Below are positions 1-8,331 of a stretch of DNA of 33,662 bases, piece after piece. Origin of the DNA: a virus (Duplodnaviria > Caudoviricetes); the IMG/VR virus record IMGVR_UViG_3300006802_000284, positions 1-33,662 of that record, one strand, 5' to 3'. How positions within the stretch are numbered: position 1 is the stretch's first letter; each line of letters starts with the position of its first letter. Made by a program: the position numbers and the translations under genes. Below the pieces are notes generated by a model, which was given only the letters and a program-made list of their open reading frames with translations, made no database searches and had not been told where the DNA came from.

Positions 1-1691
1 AACTCCAGCATGGAGTACGTGCCAGTAGAACCATAGCTCTGTGCTGAATCATCCCATATGAAGTACTGGAAGCTAAGAGAACCCGAGGTACTCATAGCAT
101 CGACGATGGGATAACCGGCAGTTGTAATCGTTACAGAATAAGAAGTAGTGGTGCCATTTTGAGTGGCCCACTCTGAGAAGATTACAATATCCCCTGTTAC
201 AAGGGTCGGAGAGAGGCTGTATCCAATGTTGTACGTATTGGATACTTCTGGATCAGAAAGAACAGTAAACTTATATCCTGGCGGTACAGTAGCGGATACC
301 GAGAAAGAAGCAGTACTCTCTGCTCCTGTTGTTACCGAGAATGTACCGAATGCAAGATCAGATGCCTTACCAACAACAGAGAGTGTTAGATCGCCTGCAC
401 TGAGAGTCGGAACTCCAAAAGCTGCTTCGCTTGTCAGCCCGTTAACAAGAACTGTATACCGAGAGAGTACTTGCAGAGTACCGTATGCTTCGCCAGAAGC
501 CAGCCCGTTAAGGGATACAGTGGTACGCGCAAAAAGAGAAGCCGTACCGAAGGCTTCGTCTGTAGTCTTGCCTGACGGCGTTACCGTGTTTCTTGCTTGA
601 AGTACAAGCGTACCAAAAGCAAGATCAGAAGCCTTGCCTACAGCGGATACAGTTGTGGATGTTACAGGGTTCTGAATTACGGCAAAGGTGCGAGTTGTGC
701 CGTACAGGGATGTCTCTTCGTCCCAGAGGAAGTACTCGACTGTGTACGAGGAAGAATCAGAACCAGAGTTAACAAATACTCGGCCATTGGTGCTGATGGT
801 TACGCTATGGGTAGCAGTGGTTCCATCTCGGAATGCGAACTTCTTAAAGACAACGATATCCGAGGTAGATAGCGTACTTCCGTAAGAGCTTCCTATTGAC
901 CAATCAGCAACGAGTTCCGGGTTATCAAGGACAGTGTATTTGTAGCCCGGAGGAACAGACGCAGAGAGGGAGAACTCTATATCTTGGTAAAGCGTAATAG
1001 AACCAAAAGCTAAACCAGATGTAAGACCGTTTGCTGAAAGGGTAGTTGCTGGGATTACTTCTTCAATAGCAACATAAACAGCGGCTACGTCATCTGCTGC
1101 CGCTGAAAAACCAACTGTTCTCTTTCCCGAAGTCTCAGTAGTTTCTCGTACTACTCTAGCAGCATAGGCTCCGTAATCAATATCAAAAACAGTAGTGCTG
1201 TTTGAACCTGCCGCAGGAGGCGTGGATCCTCCATAATAAGTTCCAGCAAGGAGAACACCAACATTTACCGTACTGAGAGTGTGTTCAGCAAGAGCTTGGT
1301 TATTCTCTTCAACGGCAAACTGAGAGATAACCGTATCAAAAGACGCAGAAACAGTGAAACCGACGCCCCATTTTCCGCTGGTAGTGGATGCATCAAGAAG
1401 GACATTGAAAGCTTGTGTCCCGGTAGGAACATTGGAACCTAAGTACCAGAACTCGGTTGTTCCCGCTTCTCCAGCACCATCTCTAGCAGTAGCAACTTGT
1501 GAAAGAGCAATTCCGCCGTAAGTAACAGCGGATACAACTGTAGTAGTTGTTGTCGGTACAACAATAAAAACACCAACACCGCGAGGGGTGCTGGTAACTG
1601 GAATGTGATTCCAGCTTAGGGTAAGAGTATTACTTTCACCCGCTGACTGAGTTGTTGGAAACTCTGTTGCAGCATCAAAACCTACAGCCAC
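1..1691 (-). CDS. Ser/Thr-rich repeat-containing virion fibre/appendage protein (runs off the window's left edge, >563 aa; absent from the ORF track)
   Basis: GTG at 1691-1689 preceded by GGAAGGGG. Reads MAVGFDAATEFPTTQSAGES... and ends ...FQYFIWDDSAQSYGSTGTYSMLE in the same frame at the edge. Contains ~22-aa repeats (GxxSxxAFG) and two copies of a ~100-aa domain (VPPGYKxTVL...YFxWD). Lies in the late operon. Confidence 0.8.
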   Translation of the reverse strand, partial: MAVGFDAATEFPTTQSAGESNTLTLSWNHIPVTSTPRGVGVFIVVPTTTTTVVSAVTYGGIALSQVATARDGAGEAGTTEFWYLGSNVPTGTQAFNVLLDASTTSGKWGVGFTVSASFDTVISQFAVEENNQALAEHTLSTVNVGVLLAGTYYGGSTPPAAGSNSTTVFDIDYGAYAARVVRETTETSGKRTVGFSAAADDVAAVYVAIEEVIPATTLSANGLTSGLAFGSITLYQDIEFSLSASVPPGYKYTVLDNPELVADWSIGSSYGSTLSTSDIVVFKKFAFRDGTTATHSVTISTNGRVFVNSGSDSSSYTVEYFLWDEETSLYGTTRTFAVIQNPVTSTTVSAVGKASDLAFGTLVLQARNTVTPSGKTTDEAFGTASLFARTTVSLNGLASGEAYGTLQVLSRYTVLVNGLTSEAAFGVPTLSAGDLTLSVVGKASDLAFGTFSVTTGAESTASFSVSATVPPGYKFTVLSDPEVSNTYNIGYSLSPTLVTGDIVIFSEWATQNGTTTSYSVTITTAGYPIVDAMSTSGSLSFQYFIWDDSAQSYGSTGTYSMLE

Positions 1692-1755
1692 AAGCTACCC
1701 CTTCCTATAGACGAAGTAATAGCTACGCAGTTGCAGCGCACACAGACTTGCATAG

Positions 1756-1778
1756 AAAAAACTCCCTACTACGGGGAG
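1756..1778 (-). terminator. Intrinsic terminator
   Basis: Minus strand CTCCC-CGTAGTA-GGGAG followed by TTTTTT, overlapping the stop of the 63-aa ORF. Confidence 0.65.
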
Positions 1779-1960
1779 CCTTTCTTTTTAATGTTCTTTG
1801 CTTCCAGTCGGAGTTTTTCGTACTCCTCTGTAAGCGACAGAGCATCAAACTCAAGCCTGCGTTTTTTTGCTGTGATCTTTATGATCTCTTTTTGAATCAT
1901 GCTCATGCGCCGAGTACGCTTAACGAGCGGATCCGTAATGAGGAAAGCCATAATATCCAT
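1769..1960 (-). CDS. Small hypothetical protein, probably coiled-coil
   Basis: GAGGTGG RBS before ATG, tightly packed in the operon. Confidence 0.65.
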   Translation of the reverse strand: MDIMAFLITDPLVKRTRRMSMIQKEIIKITAKKRRLEFDALSLTEEYEKLRLEAKNIKKKGSP

Positions 1961-1968
1961 AGGCCACC

Positions 1969-2373
1969 TCAGAGCTTAAAGATTTTGTTAGCGCCGTTAT
2001 CCCAAGAGATAATAATGTCACCGCCGTTAGGCGTAACAGGGAGTTGCGAAGCAGAATCCAAGTACACCATCAGAGTGCTGGAGGCAGAAGTACCTGCTTC
2101 AGTGTAAACAATAAGCGCAGCAATAGCACTGCCAGCCGCTACCGCAGTAAGCGTGGTATCGTCAGCATCGAATACACCAGCAGTTGCCGTCTTACTGGTA
2201 AGAGCAGGGGAGGTGTGAACTCGGTTAGCCGCAGCAATATCATCGATAGAAGTATGTGCCGCGCTGAACGTATATCCCGAGGTAACGCCCACTACTTTAA
2301 TTGTTTCACTAAGAGGAGTTCGCGTACCTTTCAGTGCTTCCTCTCGGTAGTTGTCATACATTGCATCAGCCAT
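1969..2373 (-). CDS. Conserved phage virion structural protein (minor tail/fibre-associated)
   Basis: AGGAGG RBS. Sequence MADAMYDNYREEALKG...GVFDADD...LPVTPNGGDIIISWDNGANKIFKL is typical of small structural proteins found upstream of fibre genes. Confidence 0.7.
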   Translation of the reverse strand: MADAMYDNYREEALKGTRTPLSETIKVVGVTSGYTFSAAHTSIDDIAAANRVHTSPALTSKTATAGVFDADDTTLTAVAAGSAIAALIVYTEAGTSASSTLMVYLDSASQLPVTPNGGDIIISWDNGANKIFKL

Positions 2374-2390
2374 TTATTCCTCCTTTAGAA

Positions 2391-3086
2391 TTAAGTTAGA
2401 CCGTCTTTGACGTATTTCATTTTATTGAATGCAGTCCAGAATTCTTCTGCATACTGGGAGTCAGCGTAGTCCGAGAAGTACGGGCCACCTTCCGTATAAT
2501 GGACAGCTTTGGCATCTTTAATATGCCGGTACAAACCGACAAGCCAATTCCATTCTAACGGCAAAGAACCAATATCTTCTTCATTGCACCATTTGAATTG
2601 ATGCAAATCCAAACCATTGGCTCTATCGACGTAGCCTGGTGTTAATCTCTCGCACGCTACGTGTTCGCAATTAAACAGCATTAAAGAGGACCAGCACTTC
2701 TTTTCGTATACGGTTTGTTCCGTACCCAAGAACTTTGTGCCCGCCTTGAATACATCCGGGTTGTGCTTGCAAACTTGCACTGCGTACTGTTTATCTCTGA
2801 GATACCAGAGGTTCGCAATATCATCCAGAAACACGAAGTCGCAATCTACGAATATACCATAACCACGGTAATTTTGCAAGTAAGGAACTAGCCAACGAGT
2901 AAAGGCGAACTCGTTGGATTGCTTAGGATGTCGGGGTCTGGTAAGAGGCAGTTGGCTGCGTTTTAGCGGTATAATCTCGACAGGCACAGAAGAGGTTTCT
3001 AGCAGGCTAGAAGCACAGGTCCAGAAGGCTCCAGCTTCTACAGGATCGTATCCAATATAAACAGGGATTTTCTCTGCTTTATTCAT
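2391..3086 (-). CDS. GT-A fold glycosyltransferase (GT8-like nucleotide-diphospho-sugar transferase)
   Basis: IPVYIGYD N-terminus, DxD motif (FVDCDF), WSSLMLFN, WNWLVG and HYTEGGP motifs. Confidence 0.85.
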   Translation of the reverse strand: MNKAEKIPVYIGYDPVEAGAFWTCASSLLETSSVPVEIIPLKRSQLPLTRPRHPKQSNEFAFTRWLVPYLQNYRGYGIFVDCDFVFLDDIANLWYLRDKQYAVQVCKHNPDVFKAGTKFLGTEQTVYEKKCWSSLMLFNCEHVACERLTPGYVDRANGLDLHQFKWCNEEDIGSLPLEWNWLVGLYRHIKDAKAVHYTEGGPYFSDYADSQYAEEFWTAFNKMKYVKDGLT

Positions 3087-3553
3087 TTAATGGCCTCTAC
3101 TCGCATATCTCTTGTTGGGATTTTAAACTGAGCAGTACCTTTTACTATATTTTTAAAGCCAGCCAGTTGGAGTTCGTATGCAAGCGTTTCTGGAGTGTAA
3201 CCCCAGTGGTGACAATGGAACTCATTCTTTAGGTCCGGGTTGCCGTAGAAAGCCCACATACCCATTTGTGGGGTTTCTTCCATGAGAAAATGGAAAGCCG
3301 CTTTCTTTAGATCCGGGCATTCAAGGATGATTTTACCTCCTGGTTCAAGCACCCGCCTCCATTCGTTCAGCATTGGCTGGACTTCCCATTTGTAGAAATG
3401 CTCTATAACGTGAATAGCTATGATCTCCTGTACGCTATTGTCTTCAGCAAAGCTCAGTTTACGGAGATCGCAAATGATATCCGCACCCGGAGCTAGGTCC
3501 ACTCCCGTGTAGCCCTCAAGGGGCCGATTGCCTGAACCTAGATTGAGCTTCAT
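3083..3553 (-). CDS. Class I SAM-dependent methyltransferase
   Basis: MKLNLGSG motif I, HVIEH, WRRVLEPGG. Start placed at the ATG (3553) that overlaps the upstream TGA (ATGA). Confidence 0.88.
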   Translation of the reverse strand: MKLNLGSGNRPLEGYTGVDLAPGADIICDLRKLSFAEDNSVQEIIAIHVIEHFYKWEVQPMLNEWRRVLEPGGKIILECPDLKKAAFHFLMEETPQMGMWAFYGNPDLKNEFHCHHWGYTPETLAYELQLAGFKNIVKGTAQFKIPTRDMRVEAIK

Positions 3554-4443
3554 GCAATCCCCCGAATTGCCGCCGCCCATTTTGCAGCAATAGTTTCTGG
3601 GCTGTATTTGATCTGGATCATTTTCTGAGCCTCCTGCATCTCTTCCGTAAAGTCGATACTTGCCATGTATTCCATAGCTTCAGCGTTGTCAAAGTCCTTT
3701 TCAAAGTACCGGATGCCAGCCCTCCCGAGGTCAACTACGGCAGGTATGGGATCAGTAATCACAGGGAGTCCGCACCAGAGCGCCTCAAGAACCCTGTTGG
3801 CACTCTTGGCATTCTTGCCCTGTCGGTACGGAAGAATAGCAAAGGAGTTCCTCTGAGAAGCCTCTCCCACGATTCCGGGGTGCCACGAACTAAGATGGAC
3901 TAGATTATTCTGGAAATGCTGCGGAAGCTCAATGTTTCCGGGCATAGCTACCTCTAGGGAGTAGTTGCCTGTGTACACTTGGTACAGCCCGTCGATATTC
4001 ATTACCTGTCCGTACCAGAGGAACGAAAGCGGCTTATCCTTCCTGTAAGCCTGCTGTCGGGATATAACCGGATCCTCAATAATAACTGAATCCTTGGCAG
4101 TGGCCTCCTTAATCCGAGCCTGCATTTCGGAGGAGTTGCAAACAATCAGGTCCGCAACACTGCACATACGACGGTAGTGCTCTCCCATCTTGGTGTCGAA
4201 GTGGTCATCGCACACATCAAAGATGACCTTCTGGCCCCGTTCTTTACAGAACCAAGCATAAGACCAATCGTTGTATGTCCAGTGCTTTGAGAATATAGTT
4301 ACGGCTGAATCCGGGCTGGCTATGCTATTAACAGAGCACTGAATCATGTGCTGACTCAGGAACTGACTAGGAGCCAACACCCGGTAACGGTACGAAGCAA
4401 TACCCTCATTTCCCCCTGTAACAAAAGAAACCTTTGGCATCAT
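3550..4443 (-). CDS. GT-B fold glycosyltransferase (GT4-like)
   Basis: ASYRYR N-terminal motif, FDVCDD, ADLIVCNS, and C-terminal KSANRVLEALWCGLPVIT (nucleotide-sugar-binding E...G.PV pattern). Confidence 0.75.
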   Translation of the reverse strand: MMPKVSFVTGGNEGIASYRYRVLAPSQFLSQHMIQCSVNSIASPDSAVTIFSKHWTYNDWSYAWFCKERGQKVIFDVCDDHFDTKMGEHYRRMCSVADLIVCNSSEMQARIKEATAKDSVIIEDPVISRQQAYRKDKPLSFLWYGQVMNIDGLYQVYTGNYSLEVAMPGNIELPQHFQNNLVHLSSWHPGIVGEASQRNSFAILPYRQGKNAKSANRVLEALWCGLPVITDPIPAVVDLGRAGIRYFEKDFDNAEAMEYMASIDFTEEMQEAQKMIQIKYSPETIAAKWAAAIRGIA

Positions 4444-5945
4444 TTGAACCTCCTTGCGTACTTAGCCAAATCCTTAGCCACCTTCTTGATGGCGTAATCC
4501 CACGGTTCCTCTTCGTTCTGATGGTACTGGGTAACTGAATTATAGAACGGATTCAGAGTATCCTTCTTGCCGTACCTCCATGCGTGCCCATGAGGCGTAA
4601 GTGTCCAACAGGGTGCGTCCATACTTCCTCGTACATGCACGATACTGGTGTTCACGCAGATAACCAGATCACAGGCTGCGGCCAGTGCCATACTGTGCTC
4701 GTAATCTTGGTTCTCCACTACATCCGGCCAGTGATGCACGTATATCCCGTGGTCCTTCAGAATCTTCCCTGTAGCTCCCTCCGCTCCTTTCCAGTACTCC
4801 AAGGAGACGAAAGTTACGTCCTGCTCAAGGATAGGGAGCCACGCATCCAGAGGAATGCTCCTGAGATCCGCTCGGGTTTTCTTTCTCCCTCCAGTCCAAG
4901 CAATGCCTACAATGGGCCTGCCTATCTGCCCGGATTGCTCCTGCATCTTGTGCAGGGTCTTCCTGTAGAACTCTGTTAGCTCAGAGTTAGGCTTCAGCCA
5001 TCCAGCGTTAATCCTGCGCTTGCTGTGGTACCATCGCGGAAGCGAGCCAATCCCGTCCTTGTAGTCCACAGGAATAGTTTCGTTCCACTCTGGGATGGTT
5101 TTGCTTTTGCGGGTAGGGAAGATATCTACGATATCCGGGAAGGATCTCTGGATAGCCGTGAATAGCCGGGGATGCACATCCAGTACAATTCGGGCAGTAG
5201 GGTACTGCTTTTGAATCTCTGGAACGAACTGGAGGAAAAGAAGCTCGTCGCCTATCCCCTGTTCCCCATGCAGTACAATGGTCTTTCCTGAGAGATCCTG
5301 TCCTTTCCAGAACGTAGCTTCCTCGCCCTTGGCATTCTTGTAGTACCGGATAATTCTTTCTCCAGTCTCGAAGCCATTAGCGTAGTGCTGGAATCCCTCC
5401 TCGTACTGCTTATCCTCCATCAGGAGAAGGCCGAGGTTCCATGACCCTTGGGGGTGACTTGGTAAGAGTCTCAGGCATTCCCTGCCGTAGGGAATACCCT
5501 TCTCTGGGTAACCCTCGTTAACCCATAGGGCACAGAGGTTAGCTAGTACATCGGGATGGTACTCTACCTTGAGAGCTTTCTCGAAGGCTGCCCGAGCCTC
5601 TGAGTTCATGTGCTCGTTGCGGTACGCAGCCCCTAAGTTGTTGAACCATTCCAGTACGGGCTTACGAGTACTCTGGATAAGGAACTCCAGCACATTGATG
5701 GCTAGACCGTTACGGTTAGTCTGCATGTACAGGGTAGCGAGTTGGTATCGAACGATACTATTTGAAGGGTTGCGATTAAGGAGTTCAGCGTAAATGCTTT
5801 CTGCTCTTTCAACGCATTGGGCGGCTTGTTTGGGATCGAACTGCCCCTTGCGGGCAGTCATTTGGATAAACGATTGATGGTAGTGCGAGGCTTCAATCAA
5901 ACCTTGTTTGTATTCATCATCCATTCCCTGGATATCTTCTTCCAC
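4440..5945 (-). CDS. TPR-repeat glycosyltransferase (TPR plus GT9-like catalytic domain)
   Basis: N-terminal TPRs (WFNNLGAAY, ANLCALW, WNLGLLL), then EQGIGD, SLPR, VGIAWTGG, RSIPL and CDLVICVNTSIVH. Confidence 0.85.
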   Translation of the reverse strand: MEEDIQGMDDEYKQGLIEASHYHQSFIQMTARKGQFDPKQAAQCVERAESIYAELLNRNPSNSIVRYQLATLYMQTNRNGLAINVLEFLIQSTRKPVLEWFNNLGAAYRNEHMNSEARAAFEKALKVEYHPDVLANLCALWVNEGYPEKGIPYGRECLRLLPSHPQGSWNLGLLLMEDKQYEEGFQHYANGFETGERIIRYYKNAKGEEATFWKGQDLSGKTIVLHGEQGIGDELLFLQFVPEIQKQYPTARIVLDVHPRLFTAIQRSFPDIVDIFPTRKSKTIPEWNETIPVDYKDGIGSLPRWYHSKRRINAGWLKPNSELTEFYRKTLHKMQEQSGQIGRPIVGIAWTGGRKKTRADLRSIPLDAWLPILEQDVTFVSLEYWKGAEGATGKILKDHGIYVHHWPDVVENQDYEHSMALAAACDLVICVNTSIVHVRGSMDAPCWTLTPHGHAWRYGKKDTLNPFYNSVTQYHQNEEEPWDYAIKKVAKDLAKYARRFK

Positions 5946-5953
5946 GTATTACC

Positions 5954-6349
5954 TCATTTCTTCGATAGATTAAGCCCCAGATTGGATAGTGCTCGCTCAC
6001 CGTACCAGAAACCAAGCGAGATAAGGTTTAACTGAAAGAGTCCTTGCATACCTTCTGGCGTAAAGGTGCCGGGATGTAGAAAACCCCAACCATAAAAACC
6101 AGCGAGTAGGTACGTCAGGACTGGACGGACTGATCCTCTGAGGAATTGTAGAGAAGGGGATACACTCGCACCTTCTCCTTCGTACTCTACTACGAACTTC
6201 CGAAAGCTGTCAACTTCGTCCTGATCTTGTTTAGCTACAAGAAGGGCGTACTCTGCCTTAGCCTTCTCAGCTTGAGCTTTATCAGGTATGACTCGATCCA
6301 GTACTTTGGATACTAGATCGAGTGCTGGTTGGAGTAGAAGCGGATTCAC
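5954..6349 (-). CDS. Holin (GTA 3TM holin-like)
   Basis: LDLVSKVLDRVIPDKAQAEKAK N-terminus, conserved VRP, two hydrophobic helices and FWYGER. Confidence 0.75.
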   Translation of the reverse strand: MNPLLLQPALDLVSKVLDRVIPDKAQAEKAKAEYALLVAKQDQDEVDSFRKFVVEYEGEGASVSPSLQFLRGSVRPVLTYLLAGFYGWGFLHPGTFTPEGMQGLFQLNLISLGFWYGERALSNLGLNLSKK

Positions 6350-6474
6350 TTCTTCTTTGCCTTCTTGAGTTTTCCTTGCTTCTGGAGAGCAGAGGTTGCA
6401 ATGGCATAAGCCGAGGACTTGGACTTACCTGTCTTCTGGATCTTCTTCCTAAGGTCTTCTAGAATCTTTGGCAT
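6346..6474 (-). CDS. Small very basic protein (42 aa)
   Basis: ATG at 6474 just after the previous stop. MPKILEDLRKKIQKTGKSKSSAYAIATSALQKQGKLKKAKKK; its stop overlaps the holin GTG. Confidence 0.65.
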   Translation of the reverse strand: MPKILEDLRKKIQKTGKSKSSAYAIATSALQKQGKLKKAKKK

Positions 6475-6475
6475 A

Positions 6476-7369
6476 CTATTTCTTTCCGCTAGGATATTTA
6501 TGCTTGCCAGTTTCCATGTAAGTCCGAACTGCGTTGTTTTGGGGCAAGCCAATGAAATTGGCTAGTTCAGCACCAGACATAGCTTTGCCCCTGCTCTTGG
6601 ATGCCCCTGTAGCTTTCTGTAAGGGCTTAGGAGCCATTTTCGGAGCAGGAGAGCTAGTAGGGGTGCTGGTGGACTGCATAACGGGCTTAGGAGGCACGCT
6701 AGGCGTTGAAGGCGCTGGAGCAGCAGTAGTCTTCCGAGGAGATACTTTCATGCTCATGGATCCCATAGCGGCTCGCTCTTTGGCAGCCAGACCAGTGAGC
6801 GATGCTGCTGCATTGGTGACAGCACCTTGCGCTTTACGGGCAAGCGAAGTATCTTTGACTGCTTCTCCCAGTGCCCATCCAATACCCACAGGCCCAGCCA
6901 AGCGACCGAGGACACCAGCGGCCAACTTTCCAAGTCCACGTTTGCCCACGGTGCTTGCTGCTGCACGAGCCACGGGAGCAGGTGCGGGTTTAGGCGTAGG
7001 GGTAACTTTAGGGTTGACTCTGGACTGTTTGAGACTTTTGGATTCAAAGTCCTTGCGTTCACTAGGCGTCAGAGTCGGTTTATTGGTTGGTTTGTTAGTT
7101 CCGCCTCTGGCACGATTCAAAGAACGGGATTCAAAATCCTTGGCTTCCGATGGAGTCATCGTTGCCTGACCTTTAGGTTTAACCGTACCGCCTCGTGCTT
7201 GACTCAATGAACGAACCTCGAAGCTCTTGGCTTCTGCCGGAGTAACGGTTCCCCTGTATTTTGAGTACTCGAAGTCAGCTCGCTCCGAAGGAGTCAGAAC
7301 ATTCCTGCGAACAATTTGAGGACGATTTACCGGCCCTGGTGATCTTGCGTTTTTTGGTTTACGTGCCAC
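6476..7369 (-). CDS. Basic, Ala/Pro/Lys-rich protein with internal TPxExxxFE repeats
   Basis: GGAGG RBS before GTG, first gene of the leftward operon, four repeat units in the N-terminal third. Confidence 0.75.
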   Translation of the reverse strand: MARKPKNARSPGPVNRPQIVRRNVLTPSERADFEYSKYRGTVTPAEAKSFEVRSLSQARGGTVKPKGQATMTPSEAKDFESRSLNRARGGTNKPTNKPTLTPSERKDFESKSLKQSRVNPKVTPTPKPAPAPVARAAASTVGKRGLGKLAAGVLGRLAGPVGIGWALGEAVKDTSLARKAQGAVTNAAASLTGLAAKERAAMGSMSMKVSPRKTTAAPAPSTPSVPPKPVMQSTSTPTSSPAPKMAPKPLQKATGASKSRGKAMSGAELANFIGLPQNNAVRTYMETGKHKYPSGKK

Positions 7370-7409
7370 TTTGGCCCTCCGTTATTGTTTTACGCTACCG
7401 AAAGGATTG

Positions 7410-7418
7410 ATTATATCA
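7410..7418 (-). promoter_or_regulatory. Extended -10 sigma70-type promoter for the leftward (late) operon
   Basis: Minus strand TGATATAAT (TGnTATAAT) about 40 nt upstream of the 7369 start, within an AT-rich tract. Confidence 0.65.
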
Positions 7419-7553
7419 AGTTTTATTTACTTAGTATATATGTATTTCATACAGTCCAGAATGGACATTACAGTCAGACAAGTGACTTACGTTTAGTTAC
7501 TTAAACAAACCCCTCTGGTTTGTTACGCTACGAGAGAATGAATCACTGAGTAC

Positions 7554-7717
7554 CATTCAGTCCGGAATGAAATGGAGGACAGTACTAGTACTTAGTACTT
7601 AGTAGTACTTACTAGTACTAGAGTATAAACCTAAAGGTTTAAGTACTTGTACTAGTACTAGTACTAAGTACTGTAATAGTACTAAGTACTAAGATACGTA
7701 AAGACATTCAGTCCGGA
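7554..7717. repeat. AGTACT/ACTAGT palindrome array with central TAAACCT-AA-AGGTTTA inverted repeat, flanked by 13-bp direct repeats CATTCAGTCCGGA
   Basis: Array ~7581-7693, inverted repeat 7626-7641, direct repeats 7554-7566 and 7705-7717. Confidence 0.85.
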
Positions 7718-7853
7718 TCACGGATTGTCAAAAAATATGCCAGAAATTGTGAAGGTGTAATGCACTATACAAAGCGCACCCGCACCCCCGGGATACCAGG
7801 TAGGCCCTAGCCTGTGACCTGCGAGTCACACCGAGCGTAACCTTTGAGTCACA

Positions 7854-8209
7854 TGGCACGATTGCTGCATGGCAAGAGCAATTGGCATCACTCGTGCATG
7901 ATTGCAAGTACCGTGCCTGTGCATGATGTGGCATGATCGCTGCATATCGTTACATCTGCCTGCACGAACGCTGCATCTGACTAACTCGTTGATCCGTCAA
8001 CCATTATTAGGCCAATGGCCCACTATTCACGCCATGAATACCCACGAGATGCGAACCATTCTCATTAGTGCGCTAGCAGTCTACCCGCTGCATGGGTAGC
8101 ACCTAGCCTAAACTCGCTTGTACGCCCTTCTCAGGCGATTCTAGAGGCATGTACATCTGTACATCTGGATATTTATACAGTAGTCCAGGTTCTTGGCATG
8201 ATAGTTGCT
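7854..8209. promoter_or_regulatory. Cluster of sigma54-type (-24/-12, GG-N10-GC) motifs
   Basis: TGGCACGATTGCTGCA 7854-7869(+), TGGCATCACTCGTGCA 7883-7898(+), AGGCACGGTACTTGCA 7918-7903(-), TGGCATGATCGCTGCA 7929-7944(+), TGGCATGATAGTTGCT 8194-8209(+). Confidence 0.65.
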
Positions 8210-8303
8210 ACGCGTGCGCGTGCGTGTTCATCCATGCAATCGACCGACCGAATAGGTGAGCAGAATTGGTCAAAATATTTCAGCATTCCCGATACTGTAT
8301 CGC

Positions 8304-8331
8304 TTGCATTCCGTCCGGATTCAACTAGTCT
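8304..8331 (+). promoter_or_regulatory. Putative sigma70 early promoter
   Basis: TTGCAT (8304-8309), 16-nt spacer, TAGTCT (8326-8331), about 50 nt upstream of the first early gene. Confidence 0.45.

Noticed and set aside
163-885. Plus-strand ORFs 163-600, 597-872 and 688-885
   Set aside because: They are shadows of the long minus-strand fibre ORF, which has an RBS and coherent repeats.
7169-7181. Reverse-complement match to the TAAACCTAAAGG core
   Set aside because: It lies within coding sequence (V-K-P-K-G) with no AGTACT flanks, so it is probably coincidental.
7581-7693. AGTACT array as a CRISPR array
   Set aside because: Units are 6-8 bp with no unique spacers, and there are no cas genes.
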